A stretch of DNA of 64,000 nucleotides from Gammaproteobacteria bacterium (GCA_041589455.1 JBFHVQ010000001.1:12793-76792), one strand, 5' to 3'. Numbered from the stretch's first letter, positions 1-10,195 are shown. Translations and numbers: made by a program. The notes: generated from the sequence alone by a model not told the origin.

Positions 1-656
1 GGCAGCAGATGTTTGAACGTCTACTTGCAGAGAATCCCAGTGATGACCAGTCGGTTTATCTGCAGGTAACACGGGGTAGTGCTGCAGTGCGTAACCATGG
101 CTTTCCAGACGAGGTTGAACCGACAATTTTTGCGATGGTGACAGCCCTACCTAAGGTTGATAAAGAGCAGCTTAAGCCGGGAGTATCAGCGATTACACTT
201 GATGATATCCGCTGGAAAGCCTGTAACATCAAGTCCATATCTTTATTGGGTAATATTCTCCTCAGGCAACAGGCTCATGATCAACAGGCAGCTGAAGCAA
301 TACTGGTCAATGAAGGTAAGGTGACAGAAGGTGCTGCCAGTAATGTTTTCCTGGTGCTAGATGGTGTGATCGTAACCCCGCCAACAGGGCCCTGCCTGTT
401 ACCAGGAATTACTCGTGACTTGATACTCGAACTAGCAGAACAGAATGAACTACCACACGAAGTAAGAGAAATCGATGAGTCAGAATTGCTTAAAGCCAGT
501 GAAATATGGCTAACCAGTTCCACCAAAGAGATTTTGCCGGTAGTTGAGCTAAACGGGCGACCAGTTGAAAAAGGCGTTGCTGGCCCCATATGGGAAAAGA
601 TGATTGATATTTATCAGGCCTATAAGTCAAAGCTTAGACAGGGACAGGCCAGTTAG
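1..656 (+). CDS. Class IV PLP aminotransferase (D-amino-acid aminotransferase / aminodeoxychorismate-lyase-like), 5' end outside the window
   Basis: ORF 9..656 with in-frame codons upstream to the window edge. Fold-type IV pattern: VTRGS, RW..CNIKS..LL.N.L, LLPGITR. Confidence 0.65.
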   Translation, partial: QQMFERLLAENPSDDQSVYLQVTRGSAAVRNHGFPDEVEPTIFAMVTALPKVDKEQLKPGVSAITLDDIRWKACNIKSISLLGNILLRQQAHDQQAAEAILVNEGKVTEGAASNVFLVLDGVIVTPPTGPCLLPGITRDLILELAEQNELPHEVREIDESELLKASEIWLTSSTKEILPVVELNGRPVEKGVAGPIWEKMIDIYQAYKSKLRQGQAS

Positions 657-675
657 CCTGACTACGGAGTGTGCG

Positions 676-975
676 ATGAGTGATAAGCCAAAAGACAAGA
701 TTTTTTACGATGAAGAACAGGAAACCCTGTTTGAATTTCCCTGTGACTTTCCGATAAAAGCCATGGGCAAAACGGGTGATGAGCTCGAAGTCGCGGTGCT
801 TGAGATTATTAATCGTCATGTTGAAACCCTGCCTGAGGGAGCCGTGAAATTTACCCAGAGCAGTAACGGTAAATTCACCTCTATCACTATCACCTTTACC
901 GCCCACAGCAAAGATCACCTGGATAAAATTTATATGGAGCTGACCAGTTGTGAGCATGTGTTGTACTGTATTTAA
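676..975 (+). CDS. ybeD: YbeD/UPF0250 (DUF493) small protein
   Basis: ATG at 676 with GGAG 7 nt upstream. The ~99-aa protein aligns with E. coli YbeD (EFPCDFPIKAMG ... SITITF). Conserved position upstream of lipB-lipA. Confidence 0.8.
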   Translation: MSDKPKDKIFYDEEQETLFEFPCDFPIKAMGKTGDELEVAVLEIINRHVETLPEGAVKFTQSSNGKFTSITITFTAHSKDHLDKIYMELTSCEHVLYCI

Positions 976-980
976 AAGAA

Positions 981-1093
981 AACGCGAATGAACGCTAACA
1001 ACGCAAATAAACGCGATATTTCTGTTTGCCACAGTCAAACAGAAGTCATCACTTTATTCGCGTACATTTGCGTACATTCGCGTTGTTAGCGTT
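981..1093. repeat. Structured intergenic element with two swapped inverted-repeat pairs and short direct repeats between ybeD and lipB
   Basis: aacgctaacaacgc (991-1004) is the exact reverse complement of gcgttgttagcgtt (1080-1093). acgcgaatgaacgc (982-995) nearly matches the complement of gcgtacattcgcgt (1070-1083). Inner hairpin ctgtttg..caaacag at 1022-1042. Direct repeat cgtacatt(t/c)g x2. Confidence 0.5.
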
Positions 1094-1114
1094 GTCTTTT
1101 ATTCCCGTTTACCT

Positions 1115-1756
1115 ATGGCTAAAAACCTCAATCAATACGCCATTATCAGACGCCTGGGTCTGCAGGATTATTCGTCAGTGTTTCAGCAAATGCAGCAGTT
1201 TATTGCTGATCGTACGCCTGAAACGCCGGATGAAATATGGCTGCTAGAGCATCCTCCTGTGTTTACTCTGGGAACCAATGCAAAACCTGAACACCTGCTA
1301 AATCCTGAGGATATTCCTGTTGTACAAACAGATCGTGGCGGCCAGGTAACCTACCATGCCCCAGGTCAGCTAATTGCCTATATCTTAATTGATGTAAAGC
1401 GCAAAGGTATGGGGGTGAGGCAATTGGTCAGTGCACTGGAGAATTCTGTCATTCAATTTCTGGCAAACCAGGGTATAGAAGCGGCTGCGAACCCAACAGC
1501 GCCGGGTGTTTATGTCGATGGAGCTAAAATTGCGGCGCTAGGTTTAAGGGTTAAACAGAAGGGTAGTTATCATGGGCTTAGTCTGAATGTGGACATGGAT
1601 CTGACAGATTTTGATAGAATAAACCCCTGTGGCTATCCAGGGTTACAGGTGACTAGTCTGAAAAAACTGGGACTTGATCTGGATATGCAGCAAACCACAT
1701 CGTTAATGCTGGAGTCGTTATGCCAGCAACTCGATATTACGCAAATCGAACAGTAG
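1115..1756 (+). CDS. lipB: Octanoyltransferase LipB
   Basis: 213-aa ORF with LipB family sequence (HPPVFTLG, GGQVTYHAPGQ). Sits between ybeD and lipA. Confidence 0.9.
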   Translation: MAKNLNQYAIIRRLGLQDYSSVFQQMQQFIADRTPETPDEIWLLEHPPVFTLGTNAKPEHLLNPEDIPVVQTDRGGQVTYHAPGQLIAYILIDVKRKGMGVRQLVSALENSVIQFLANQGIEAAANPTAPGVYVDGAKIAALGLRVKQKGSYHGLSLNVDMDLTDFDRINPCGYPGLQVTSLKKLGLDLDMQQTTSLMLESLCQQLDITQIEQ

Positions 1757-1762
1757 ACGTTT

Positions 1763-2716
1763 ATGAGCAAGAATAAAGTTGTTGCCGGTGTAAAACAGAC
1801 CGGTGCTGAAAAAGTCGCACGTATTCCGGTGAAAATTGCAAAAACCGAAAAAATGCCTCGTAAACCCGAATGGATTCGTGCCAAGGCTCCTACGCACCCT
1901 AATGTAAAACGCCTTAAAAAAGTTTTGCGCGAGCAGAAACTGTTTACCGTCTGTGAAGAAGCGTCCTGCCCGAATCTGGGTGAATGCTTTGGCCATGGCA
2001 CTGCAACCTTTATGATCATGGGTGAAATCTGTACACGGCGGTGCCCGTTTTGTGATGTCGGTCATGGTCGCCCATTGCCGCTGGATAAAAATGAGCCACA
2101 GAATATGGCGGATACGATCCAGGCAATGCAATTAAAGTATGTTGTTATTACATCGGTAGATAGAGATGATTTACGTGATGGCGGTGCGGCACACTTTGTA
2201 GAATGCATAGAAAAGACTCGTGCTTCGACACCGGGTATAAAAGTTGAAACTCTAGTACCAGACTTTCGTGGTCGCGTAGATATTGCACTAGATATACTTA
2301 AAACGTCTCCACCTGATGTGTTTAATCATAACCTTGAAACAGTGCCTCGCTTATATAGGGAGGCTCGTCCGGGAGCAGATTATCAGGGCTCGTTAGATTT
2401 ACTGAAGGCCTTTGGTGATGCATGTATCGGAGTGCCAACAAAATCTGGTTTGATGCTTGGTCTCGGTGAAGAAAAAGATGAAGTAATCGAAGTGTTAAAA
2501 GATCTTCGAGCACATAATGTTACCATGCTGACGCTTGGACAATATCTACAGCCAAGTGCACATCACCTACCGGTAAAACGGTTTGTTACGCCAGACGAAT
2601 TTGAAGAATATAAAGTGATCGCGGAAGCGATGGGCTTTGAGCAGGTGGCCAGTGCGCCGATGGTACGTTCATCCTATCATGCGGATTTACAGGCGGCAGG
2701 AGAGTTTGAGAGTTAA
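1763..2716 (+). CDS. lipA: Lipoyl synthase LipA (radical SAM)
   Basis: 317 aa with CPNLGEC and [10 protein letters not shown] cysteine motifs. 6-nt gap after lipB. Confidence 0.95.
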   Translation: MSKNKVVAGVKQTGAEKVARIPVKIAKTEKMPRKPEWIRAKAPTHPNVKRLKKVLREQKLFTVCEEASCPNLGECFGHGTATFMIMGEICTRRCPFCDVGHGRPLPLDKNEPQNMADTIQAMQLKYVVITSVDRDDLRDGGAAHFVECIEKTRASTPGIKVETLVPDFRGRVDIALDILKTSPPDVFNHNLETVPRLYREARPGADYQGSLDLLKAFGDACIGVPTKSGLMLGLGEEKDEVIEVLKDLRAHNVTMLTLGQYLQPSAHHLPVKRFVTPDEFEEYKVIAEAMGFEQVASAPMVRSSYHADLQAAGEFES

Positions 2717-2918
2717 TGTGTCGTTAAGATGCTCTAATCTTAAATGAGTTGATAGACTGTGAATGAATTGTTTTTCAGGTAAGCTTTTTAACTTTTGGTA
2801 GTTTTTGGTTTCAAACCTAACCTGGTTTTTCAGAAAAACGAATCATTGATGAATGCCCTTTGTATCATGAGGCGTGCAATTTATTGCAATCTAATACTAA
2901 TAAGCTTCAGGCTAATAA

Positions 2919-2950
2919 AAAAGCACGGCATATAATGGCGTGCTTTTTTA
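2919..2950. terminator. Bidirectional intrinsic terminator candidate
   Basis: Hairpin gcacg..cgtgc with an A6 run upstream and a T6 run downstream. Sits between convergent lipA (+) and the porin gene (-). Confidence 0.4.
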
Positions 2951-2979
2951 TTAATGCCACTATGAAGTCTTAGTAACTG

Positions 2980-3558
2980 TTAGAAGTCGATCTTAATTCC
3001 GAAATGTCCGCCGTCATCTACTTCAATCTCAGGGCCATTTTCCAGTTCGTACTCCATATTGCGATATCCTACATAGGCACGTGCACTCGGTGTCACTTCC
3101 AGCTCAATGGAAAAAGATACTTCACTGTATTCATCGGCACCACTAAACGAAGTTATGCTAGGCGCATAAAAGGCAGAGGCACGGAATGCAATCGGTGTAG
3201 AAGATGGAATTACATAGCGAATTTGACCGCCGATAGCCAGGGCACCAAATTCTTCGTCGATTAGATTATTGGCATCCAGCGAAACCAGGGTCAGTTTGCC
3301 GCCAACACCAAACTGTAATTGCTTGTTATTGCCAGCTGCATTGCCAGTGACCATCATCTGTCCATTGAACTGATAATCATCATTTTCAGTGAACAGCAGA
3401 CCCAGGCCAACATCAGTGCCACCATATCCAAAGGTAGATGACTGAGTCAGGTAATTGATTTCTGCCATCTCGTCAGCCAGTTTCAGGTCAATACTACGTG
3501 CATCAACCTGAGATGTTAAAAAGGTGAATGGCAACAGAAGAGCGATTTTTTTTATCAT
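2980..3558 (-). CDS. Small outer-membrane beta-barrel protein (OmpW/OmpA-like fold guess)
   Basis: Signal peptide MIKKIALLLPFTFLTSQVDA, alternating amphipathic strands, C-terminal Phe. Second ATG (3558) preferred because GGGGAA lies 7 nt upstream. Confidence 0.6.
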   Translation of the reverse strand: MIKKIALLLPFTFLTSQVDARSIDLKLADEMAEINYLTQSSTFGYGGTDVGLGLLFTENDDYQFNGQMMVTGNAAGNNKQLQFGVGGKLTLVSLDANNLIDEEFGALAIGGQIRYVIPSSTPIAFRASAFYAPSITSFSGADEYSEVSFSIELEVTPSARAYVGYRNMEYELENGPEIEVDDGGHFGIKIDF

Positions 3559-3644
3559 GGTGTTCCCCATAAAATAATAAGCGGTACTTTTACCTGTAGA
3601 TCATCAACAGCTGTAAAAGTTCGTTAGATCATACACAAAGCGCA

Positions 3645-3697
3645 GACCAAAAAAAACACGACCCATTCTCGTTTTAAGTAGGAATGAGCCGTGTTTT
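3645..3697 (-). terminator. Intrinsic terminator candidate after the molybdoenzyme operon
   Basis: Imperfect hairpin aaaacacg...cgtgtttt followed on the minus strand by a T8 run. Lies between the membrane-subunit stop and the porin start. Confidence 0.45.
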
Positions 3698-3735
3698 ATC
3701 TAGATACTCAAATATATGAGTATCTGGTAGTTACA

Positions 3736-4713
3736 TTATACTGTCTGGTAGTAAATGTTCTGCGGATGGTTCGCCTGTGCAAAGAAGAACCAGCGCTCAG
3801 CAAGCAGACCTGTGTATTGAATCAGGAATGCTGCAGCCAGAACGCCCGCGCTTGCGTCGCCAATGGCAGAAGCCAGCAGGACAACAGGAATTGGGAATAC
3901 CAGAAGCATAAAGATGTACTTGATAGACTTCAGGAATGATGCAGTCTTACCGTGGAAGTATTCACGTGTATTGAAAGAACCACCCATCGCGCCCTGAACC
4001 TTCTGCTGGATCTTGTTGTGACGAATACCAATCGCAGATTGAACCGTAGACTTATGCTTGATGCGGCTGTTGCGGTAAAGCGATGCAGAGCGTGTAATAA
4101 ATACAGCAACTGTCAGTGCAATTGCCCAGCCGCCCAGAAAGCTAACCTGCTCCTGTAGGCCAAGGTAAGCAGCCAGTGCAGTTGCTAAAGTAAAGCCAGA
4201 TGCAGTACCAAACAGGAAGTAGTTGATAACCGTTAATGGGCTAGACCACTCCTGCAGGAACTTGATGCAGGCATAGATCATTGCTGTACATAGGAACAGT
4301 GCAAAAGTTGCAATAACACCAAAGATACCAACAAACAGGCTGTTGCTCAGATTAACATTGCCGATTGTTAAGGCGACACCATCCAGGTTAAACAGGTGCA
4401 TAACGCCGTAAACAAAAACTGCAGCCATCATGGTTGGCAGCGCGATAACTTCGCGTGATAACCATGAGGTACGCCACATAGCCGCAGCACGCCAGGCGCG
4501 CTCAGGGTGACCTAAGTGGAAGAATGATGAAAACAGACCCAGACCTAACAGGATCAGTGAAATAACAGCACCAGTGCCGTAGAAACCAGAATCGCTAACA
4601 TTCGACAGAATGTTCAGTTCCTGGTAAACCTGAGTTGAGAACAGTGCCAGGAAAAGACCCTGAGCTGTACCAATCAGTGTGGTTAAGAATATGACAGAAA
4701 ATGCGGGATGCAT
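3736..4713 (-). CDS. NrfD/PsrC-type polytopic membrane anchor of the molybdoenzyme (SoeC-like)
   Basis: 325 aa, about 8 hydrophobic helices. Last gene of the catalytic-FeS-membrane operon. Confidence 0.65.
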   Translation of the reverse strand: MHPAFSVIFLTTLIGTAQGLFLALFSTQVYQELNILSNVSDSGFYGTGAVISLILLGLGLFSSFFHLGHPERAWRAAAMWRTSWLSREVIALPTMMAAVFVYGVMHLFNLDGVALTIGNVNLSNSLFVGIFGVIATFALFLCTAMIYACIKFLQEWSSPLTVINYFLFGTASGFTLATALAAYLGLQEQVSFLGGWAIALTVAVFITRSASLYRNSRIKHKSTVQSAIGIRHNKIQQKVQGAMGGSFNTREYFHGKTASFLKSIKYIFMLLVFPIPVVLLASAIGDASAGVLAAAFLIQYTGLLAERWFFFAQANHPQNIYYQTV

Positions 4714-4881
4714 CGTTCTCTCCTAGTTAAATTTAAAATTACTAAACAGTAACCGATTAAAATCTTGTTAAAACTCGTTTTCCTTTCTGCTTCTTCGGTT
4801 ATCCAGTGTTTTTAGTTGCTGGATTCCCGGCAGAAGCATTCGGGAATAACGAGTAGAACCATTAAATAACGTATCGCACCA

Positions 4882-5613
4882 TTAAATGAATGAGCTATCG
4901 TCAAGAACCGCGCCATCAACTGGTTTGTGGTGTTCTTTCTGCTCTTTGTTGAGCGGGTTGTCCACACGAATCAGTTCATCTTCATGGATGGTGATCTTGT
5001 TCTTACGACGTGGTAAGTAATGGTTAGATGGCTTGGTGCCCCATTCTGGCATCAGCGGATAACCACCATCTTCACGAATTACTTCAGAAACATATGAATC
5101 TGGATCATGTACGTCACCAAATAGACGTGCATTGGTTGGGCAGGCCAGTACACAGGCTGGCTTACGCTCAGATTCTGGTAATGTTTCGTCATAAATACGA
5201 TCCACACATAGCGTACATTTCTTCATTACCTTCTGGTGTTCATCGATTTCACGCGCACCGTATGGGCAAGCCCATGAGCAGTACTTACAACCGATGCACT
5301 TATCGTAATCAACCAGAACGATACCGTCATTTTCACGCTTGTAGCTGGCGCCAGTAGGGCAAACAGGTACACAAGGTGGCTCTTCACAGTGCAGACAGGA
5401 TTTAGGGAAGTGAACCGTTTCAGTTTTCGGATATTCACCCACTTCATAAGTCTGTACACGGTTAAAGAAGGTACCTGTTGGGTCTTTCTGGTAAGGGTTG
5501 TCATCAGACATAAAACCCGCAGGACCCGAGGTGTTCCATTCTTTACATGATGTTACGCAGGCTGAACAGCCTACGCACACATTAAGGTCAATAATCAGAG
5601 CTAGCTGAGTCAT
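4882..5613 (-). CDS. 4Fe-4S ferredoxin-type electron-transfer subunit (SoeB/DmsB-like)
   Basis: Four Cys clusters (CVGCSAC..C, CLHCEEPPCVPVCP, CIGCKYCSWACP, CTLCVDR..C). ATG overlaps the catalytic subunit stop (TAATG). Confidence 0.8.
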   Translation of the reverse strand: MTQLALIIDLNVCVGCSACVTSCKEWNTSGPAGFMSDDNPYQKDPTGTFFNRVQTYEVGEYPKTETVHFPKSCLHCEEPPCVPVCPTGASYKRENDGIVLVDYDKCIGCKYCSWACPYGAREIDEHQKVMKKCTLCVDRIYDETLPESERKPACVLACPTNARLFGDVHDPDSYVSEVIREDGGYPLMPEWGTKPSNHYLPRRKNKITIHEDELIRVDNPLNKEQKEHHKPVDGAVLDDSSFI

Positions 5614-8522
5614 TATTTAGCCCCCTTTTTAGTAAACTTACCCGCAAAGAAGCCCTGCCACTTGCGGCGTAAGCTCATACCAGGGAGAACTGGCATCGGT
5701 TCAAATTGTGGTAATGAGCAATCTGCATCATCTTCTGCCTTGTAAACACGTACACGTACGTCGAACCATGCAGCCTGGCCCGTTACCGGATCAGAGTTAG
5801 AAACGTGATCACCACATGCGTTCTTCGGCAGCTCTTCTGAAATCACGTGATTTAGTAAGAAGCCTTTCTGTGATTCATTGGCGTCATTGCTCAGGTTCCA
5901 TGCCCCCGCCGCTTTACCGATTGCATTCCAGGTCCAGACAGTGCCTGGCTCCAGTGCTTCAGAGAAACGTGCTAAACAGCGCACTTTGCCGTGCATTGAT
6001 TCACAGTAGATCCAGTCGCCATCTTTAAAGCCATGCTTCTCACCCAGTGACGGATGAACGTGCAGGTAGTTGTGTGCGTGAATCTGACGTAACCATGCAT
6101 TCTGCGAATCCCATGAGTGATACATCGCCATTGGGCGCTGTGTCAGTGCATTTAATGGGTACTTCTGCTTGTCCGTTAACTGACCTTCCAGTGTTTCTGA
6201 ATAGAAAGGCAGTGGGTTGAAGTGCTCTTCAACACGTGCGCGCAGATGATCAGGTGGCTGACGACCAGGGCGTTTGCCCTGTGCTGCCAGACGGAACTTC
6301 TGCAGGATCTCAGAGTAGATATGGATATTAATAGGCTCATCGTAACGAGTTAAGCGATGTTCCTGTGCCCATGTCAGGTAACCCTGGTTCCAGTTACGCA
6401 TGTACTGGTAAGAAACCGGCAGGTGATACTGGAATACACAGTTGTTTTCTTCGTACATTTTCCACTGGTTAGGATTCGGTTCGCCTTTCATGAACTTCTC
6501 ACCACCCTTACCACGCCATCCAGCGAGGAAGCCGATGCCTGAGCCAGGTTCGGTTTCGAAGTTAGTGATGAATTCTGGATAGTCACGGAATTTACGTGAG
6601 CCATCCGCATTCGTGAATGCAGGTAGCTTCAGGCGTGAACCCAGCTCGATCAGGACTTCCTGGAATGGCTTGCATTCACCCTTCGGTGGAACCACAGGAA
6701 TACGAACTGAATCAACCGGGCCGTCGTATTCAGAGATAGGACGATCCAGCATAGAGATAACGTCGTGACGTTCCAGGTAGGTGGTATCCGGCAGGATCAG
6801 GTCACCATAAGCTACCATTTCAGAATGGAAAGCATCTGCAACAATCAGGAATGGAATCTTGTATTCACCGTTTTCATCTTTGTCATTCAGCATATTGCGA
6901 ATTTCAGAGGTGTTCATCGATGAGTTCCAGGCCATGTTCGCCATAAAGATCATCATTGTGTCGATCTTGTACGGGTCGCCGCGCCATGCGTTAGTGATCG
7001 CATTCTGCATCAGGCCGTGGGCGGATAATGGGAATTCCCATGAGAAACCTTTATCCAGACGTACCGGACCATTGTTTTCGTCCAGGAACAGGTCTTCAGG
7101 TGACGCAGGGAAACCTAATGGCATGCCACCCAGTGGGGTGTTTGGCTTAACGCCTTCAGGGCCAGTCGGTGTTTTCGGACATGGCGGAATTGGGCGTGGG
7201 AACGGTGCCTTGTGGCGGAAACCACCTGGACGGTCAATGGTACCCAGGATAGACATCAGTACCGACAGGCCACGGATAGTCTGGAAACCGTTAGAGTGTG
7301 CAGCAAGTCCTCGCATCGCATGGAAAGCAACCGGGTTACCGGTAACAGACTGGTGCTCACGACCCCATGTGTCAGTCCAGGCAATTGGCAGCTCGATCTT
7401 TTCATCACGAGCAACTATGCCCATTTCGTGCGCCAGGCGACGAATGGTTTCAGCTGGAATGCCCGTTACATCAGCAGCCCACTCTGGCGTGTATTCTTCA
7501 ACAGACTCTTTCAGCAGCTGGAAAGAAGGCTTAACCGGCGTGCCGTCAGGCATGGTGAACTCACCCAGCAGGAACGGATCAGCGCCTTCTGTGTGAGTAC
7601 GAACTGGAGCGTTAGTGTGACGATCCCACCACATCTGGTTCTGGTGATCGAAACAGCCTTCTTCAGGATCGTTAACATCCATACGCACGAACATGCCGTG
7701 GTGTTCAGAAGACTCATCACAGTTAACCAGCTGGCCAGAGTTCGAGTAGTCTTTCAGGAACTCACGATCGTACAGACCTGTTTCGATCAGTTCGCGAGTA
7801 ATTGCCAGGAACAGTGCGTTGTCGGTGCCAGGCTTGATAGGAATCCACTCATCTGCAATCGCAGAGTAACCTGTACGTACCGGGTTAACCGAGATAAAGC
7901 GGCCGCCGTTACGTTTGAACTTTGATAATTCCATTTTTAATGGGTTCGAGTGATGGTCTTCTGCGGTACCGATCATCACCAGTAACTTGGCGCGTTCCAG
8001 ATCCGGACCACCGAATTCCCAGAATGAACCACCGATCGAGTAGATCATGCCAGCAGCCATATTGACTGAGCAGAAACCACCGTGTGCAGAGTAGTTTGGC
8101 GTACCGTAGTTCTTAGACCACATACCCGTCAGTGCCTGCATCTGGTCACGACCAGTAATCAGGGTGAATTTCTTAGGGTCGGTTGCGCGCAGGTGAGCCA
8201 GACGCTCTTCCATCATATCGAAAGCTTCATCCCATGAGATCTCTTCGAACTCGGAATCACCACGCAGGGCGCCTTCTTTACGCTTAAGTGGCTTGGTCAG
8301 GCGAGCAGGAGAATACTGCTTCATAATGCCTGATGCACCTTTCGCACAAATAACACCCTTATTTAATGGGTGTTCTGGGTTACCCTGTATATAGCGAACT
8401 TCGTTATCGCGGAGTGTCACGCGGATACCGCAACGACACGCGCACATATAACAGGTAGTGTTCTTGGTTTCGATACGACCTTCGGGTTGCTTGGTCGCAT
8501 CATGTATCACTCGAGATGTCAT
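5613..8522 (-). CDS. Molybdopterin (bis-MGD) oxidoreductase catalytic subunit, no Tat leader; SoeA-like (sulfite dehydrogenase type) is my best guess
   Basis: N-terminal CYMCACRCG Fe-S motif, then IQGNPEHPLNKGVICAKG, typical of the Psr/Phs/Ttr/Soe clade. Real start is probably ATG 8522 (AGGA 6 nt upstream), giving ~969 aa. The ORF-finder extension to 8660 is polar and not Tat-like. Confidence 0.75.
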   Translation of the reverse strand: MTSRVIHDATKQPEGRIETKNTTCYMCACRCGIRVTLRDNEVRYIQGNPEHPLNKGVICAKGASGIMKQYSPARLTKPLKRKEGALRGDSEFEEISWDEAFDMMEERLAHLRATDPKKFTLITGRDQMQALTGMWSKNYGTPNYSAHGGFCSVNMAAGMIYSIGGSFWEFGGPDLERAKLLVMIGTAEDHHSNPLKMELSKFKRNGGRFISVNPVRTGYSAIADEWIPIKPGTDNALFLAITRELIETGLYDREFLKDYSNSGQLVNCDESSEHHGMFVRMDVNDPEEGCFDHQNQMWWDRHTNAPVRTHTEGADPFLLGEFTMPDGTPVKPSFQLLKESVEEYTPEWAADVTGIPAETIRRLAHEMGIVARDEKIELPIAWTDTWGREHQSVTGNPVAFHAMRGLAAHSNGFQTIRGLSVLMSILGTIDRPGGFRHKAPFPRPIPPCPKTPTGPEGVKPNTPLGGMPLGFPASPEDLFLDENNGPVRLDKGFSWEFPLSAHGLMQNAITNAWRGDPYKIDTMMIFMANMAWNSSMNTSEIRNMLNDKDENGEYKIPFLIVADAFHSEMVAYGDLILPDTTYLERHDVISMLDRPISEYDGPVDSVRIPVVPPKGECKPFQEVLIELGSRLKLPAFTNADGSRKFRDYPEFITNFETEPGSGIGFLAGWRGKGGEKFMKGEPNPNQWKMYEENNCVFQYHLPVSYQYMRNWNQGYLTWAQEHRLTRYDEPINIHIYSEILQKFRLAAQGKRPGRQPPDHLRARVEEHFNPLPFYSETLEGQLTDKQKYPLNALTQRPMAMYHSWDSQNAWLRQIHAHNYLHVHPSLGEKHGFKDGDWIYCESMHGKVRCLARFSEALEPGTVWTWNAIGKAAGAWNLSNDANESQKGFLLNHVISEELPKNACGDHVSNSDPVTGQAAWFDVRVRVYKAEDDADCSLPQFEPMPVLPGMSLRRKWQGFFAGKFTKKGAK

Positions 8523-9117
8523 ATTTGATCCTGCCTTAATAAGTGACCGACGATTATATTGATCGAAATCAAGAAAGCTAATCAGCTTTCTTAAGCGGTT
8601 CATAAAATTCTTATATGCTTGATTATTTAAATTAATGCTATCCCTAATCAAAGCTATCATTCAGGGTGGGATAAGGGATATAGCATATAAAGTGCCTGAT
8701 TACCGCCGTGCAAAGCACGCCACAATTTCACCTTAATATATATGTGTCGTGCTTAATACGGATGGTTTCATGCTAAGCCATTGTTTTTGTTTGAGTCATG
8801 GTGATATTGAAATGAAAGGTGGTTAGCGTGCCAAGAGTTGTCGTCGCGGCTAAAACACGACAAACGGGCAATACATGATGTGGCTCAAAAATTTCGTTTC
8901 TGTGGGATGTAAACTACTGCATCAGAGTAAATATCAGGATCTGAAGAGTAACCCTACAAAGGCTGTAGTAGCGAATATATAGTTTTTCTTATATTATTCA
9001 GAGTAATCTACTCTGTTATTATGGCCAGTTGCGTTAAAATGGTCATTAATCAACCAGTAAAAGAATTCAAGGTAGTTAGCCTATAATAAGGTGCTACCCC
9101 GAGCCCCAGGAACAGCA

Positions 9118-10104
9118 ATGTCAGAAAACGCACTCATAGACCAGTATGGCCGCAGTATCGAATACGTTCGAGTATCGGTCACCGATCGCTGTGATTTGCG
9201 TTGCAGCTATTGTATGCCTAAACACTTCCGTGATTTTCATGAGCCTGAAGAGTGGCTCACCTTTGATGAGCTGGAACGGGTTATCGGCACCTTTACCCGC
9301 ATGGGTACACGCCGCATTCGCTTAACGGGCGGTGAACCACTGGTCAGAAAGAATGTGCCAGAACTGGCAAGCAGGCTGTCGGCACTGCCGGGCCTGGAAG
9401 ATCTTTCCCTGAGTACCAATTGCACACGTATGAGTAAACATGCGGAACAACTCAAAGCGGCCGGTGTTGACCGTATTAATGTCAGCCTGGATAGCCTTAA
9501 CCCCAAAACCTTTAAAGAATTAACTGGCGGTAAGCTGGAAAAAGTTATGGATGGCCTGATGGCGGCCAAGGCTGCGGGTTTAAGCCCTATTAAAGTGAAT
9601 ATGGTTTTAATGAAAGGCGTTAATGACCATGAAGTGGAAAGCATGGTGGAATACTGTGCAACACACGGCTTCACCTTACGCTTTATAGAAACCATGCCAG
9701 TTGGTGACATGGGCAGAAAGGCAACGGATCAGTTTGTTAATCTGCAGGACATTAAAAAACGTCTGTCAAAAAGTTTTGATCTGGTACCTGGTGTCATGCC
9801 CGGTGGTGGCCCTGCGCGTTATATGAATGTGATGGGAACGGATATTAATATCGGTTTTATCACGCCGTTGTCACAACACTTCTGTGAAACCTGTAACCGA
9901 GTTCGTCTGTCGGTCGATGGCACGATCTATACCTGTCTGGGGCAGGAAGATAATTTTGAGTTACGTCCACTATTACGTGCAGGTATCAGTGATGAAGAGC
10001 TAGAACAGGCGATTCGCACGGCGATTAATTTGAAGCCGGAAAAGCACGAATTTAATGAGAACCCTGAAAAAGTATTGAGGTTTATGTCTTATACAGGTGG
10101 CTAA
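9118..10104 (+). CDS. moaA: GTP 3',8-cyclase MoaA (molybdenum cofactor biosynthesis)
   Basis: VTDRCDLRCSYCMP radical-SAM motif and C-terminal Cys cluster CETCNRVRLSVDGTIYTC. Divergent from the molybdoenzyme operon. Confidence 0.9.
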   Translation: MSENALIDQYGRSIEYVRVSVTDRCDLRCSYCMPKHFRDFHEPEEWLTFDELERVIGTFTRMGTRRIRLTGGEPLVRKNVPELASRLSALPGLEDLSLSTNCTRMSKHAEQLKAAGVDRINVSLDSLNPKTFKELTGGKLEKVMDGLMAAKAAGLSPIKVNMVLMKGVNDHEVESMVEYCATHGFTLRFIETMPVGDMGRKATDQFVNLQDIKKRLSKSFDLVPGVMPGGGPARYMNVMGTDINIGFITPLSQHFCETCNRVRLSVDGTIYTCLGQEDNFELRPLLRAGISDEELEQAIRTAINLKPEKHEFNENPEKVLRFMSYTGG

Positions 10105-10137
10105 AAAGCGAACATTAAAATTCAAATATAACTAAAG

Positions 10138-10178
10138 AAGCGCAACTTTGTAGATAACGGGTTGCGTTTTTTTTCGAG
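10138..10178 (+). terminator. Intrinsic terminator candidate after moaA
   Basis: cgcaac..gttgcg hairpin followed by a T8 run. Confidence 0.45.
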
Positions 10179-10195
10179 AACAGTAATAGAAGAGA

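Noticed and set aside
1026-1247. 73-aa ORF overlapping the lipB 5' region
   Set aside because: Overlaps the lipB start in another frame and covers the structured intergenic element. No RBS. lipB is strongly supported.
6859-7925. Two 237-245-aa ORFs on the plus strand (6859..7596, 7212..7925)
   Set aside because: Antisense to the well-supported 1015-aa molybdoenzyme gene. Compositionally odd (R/S-rich), typical shadow ORFs.
8523-8660. N-terminal extension of the molybdoenzyme ORF containing NRRSLIKAG, which superficially looks like a twin-arginine motif
   Set aside because: No hydrophobic h-region or AxA site follows it. A much better start (ATG 8522 with AGGA at -6) lies downstream. Treated as read-through of non-coding sequence.
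8661-9117. Possible Moco riboswitch in the moaA leader
   Set aside because: I could not recognise the Moco RNA consensus by eye. Left as a check (cmsearch), not a call.
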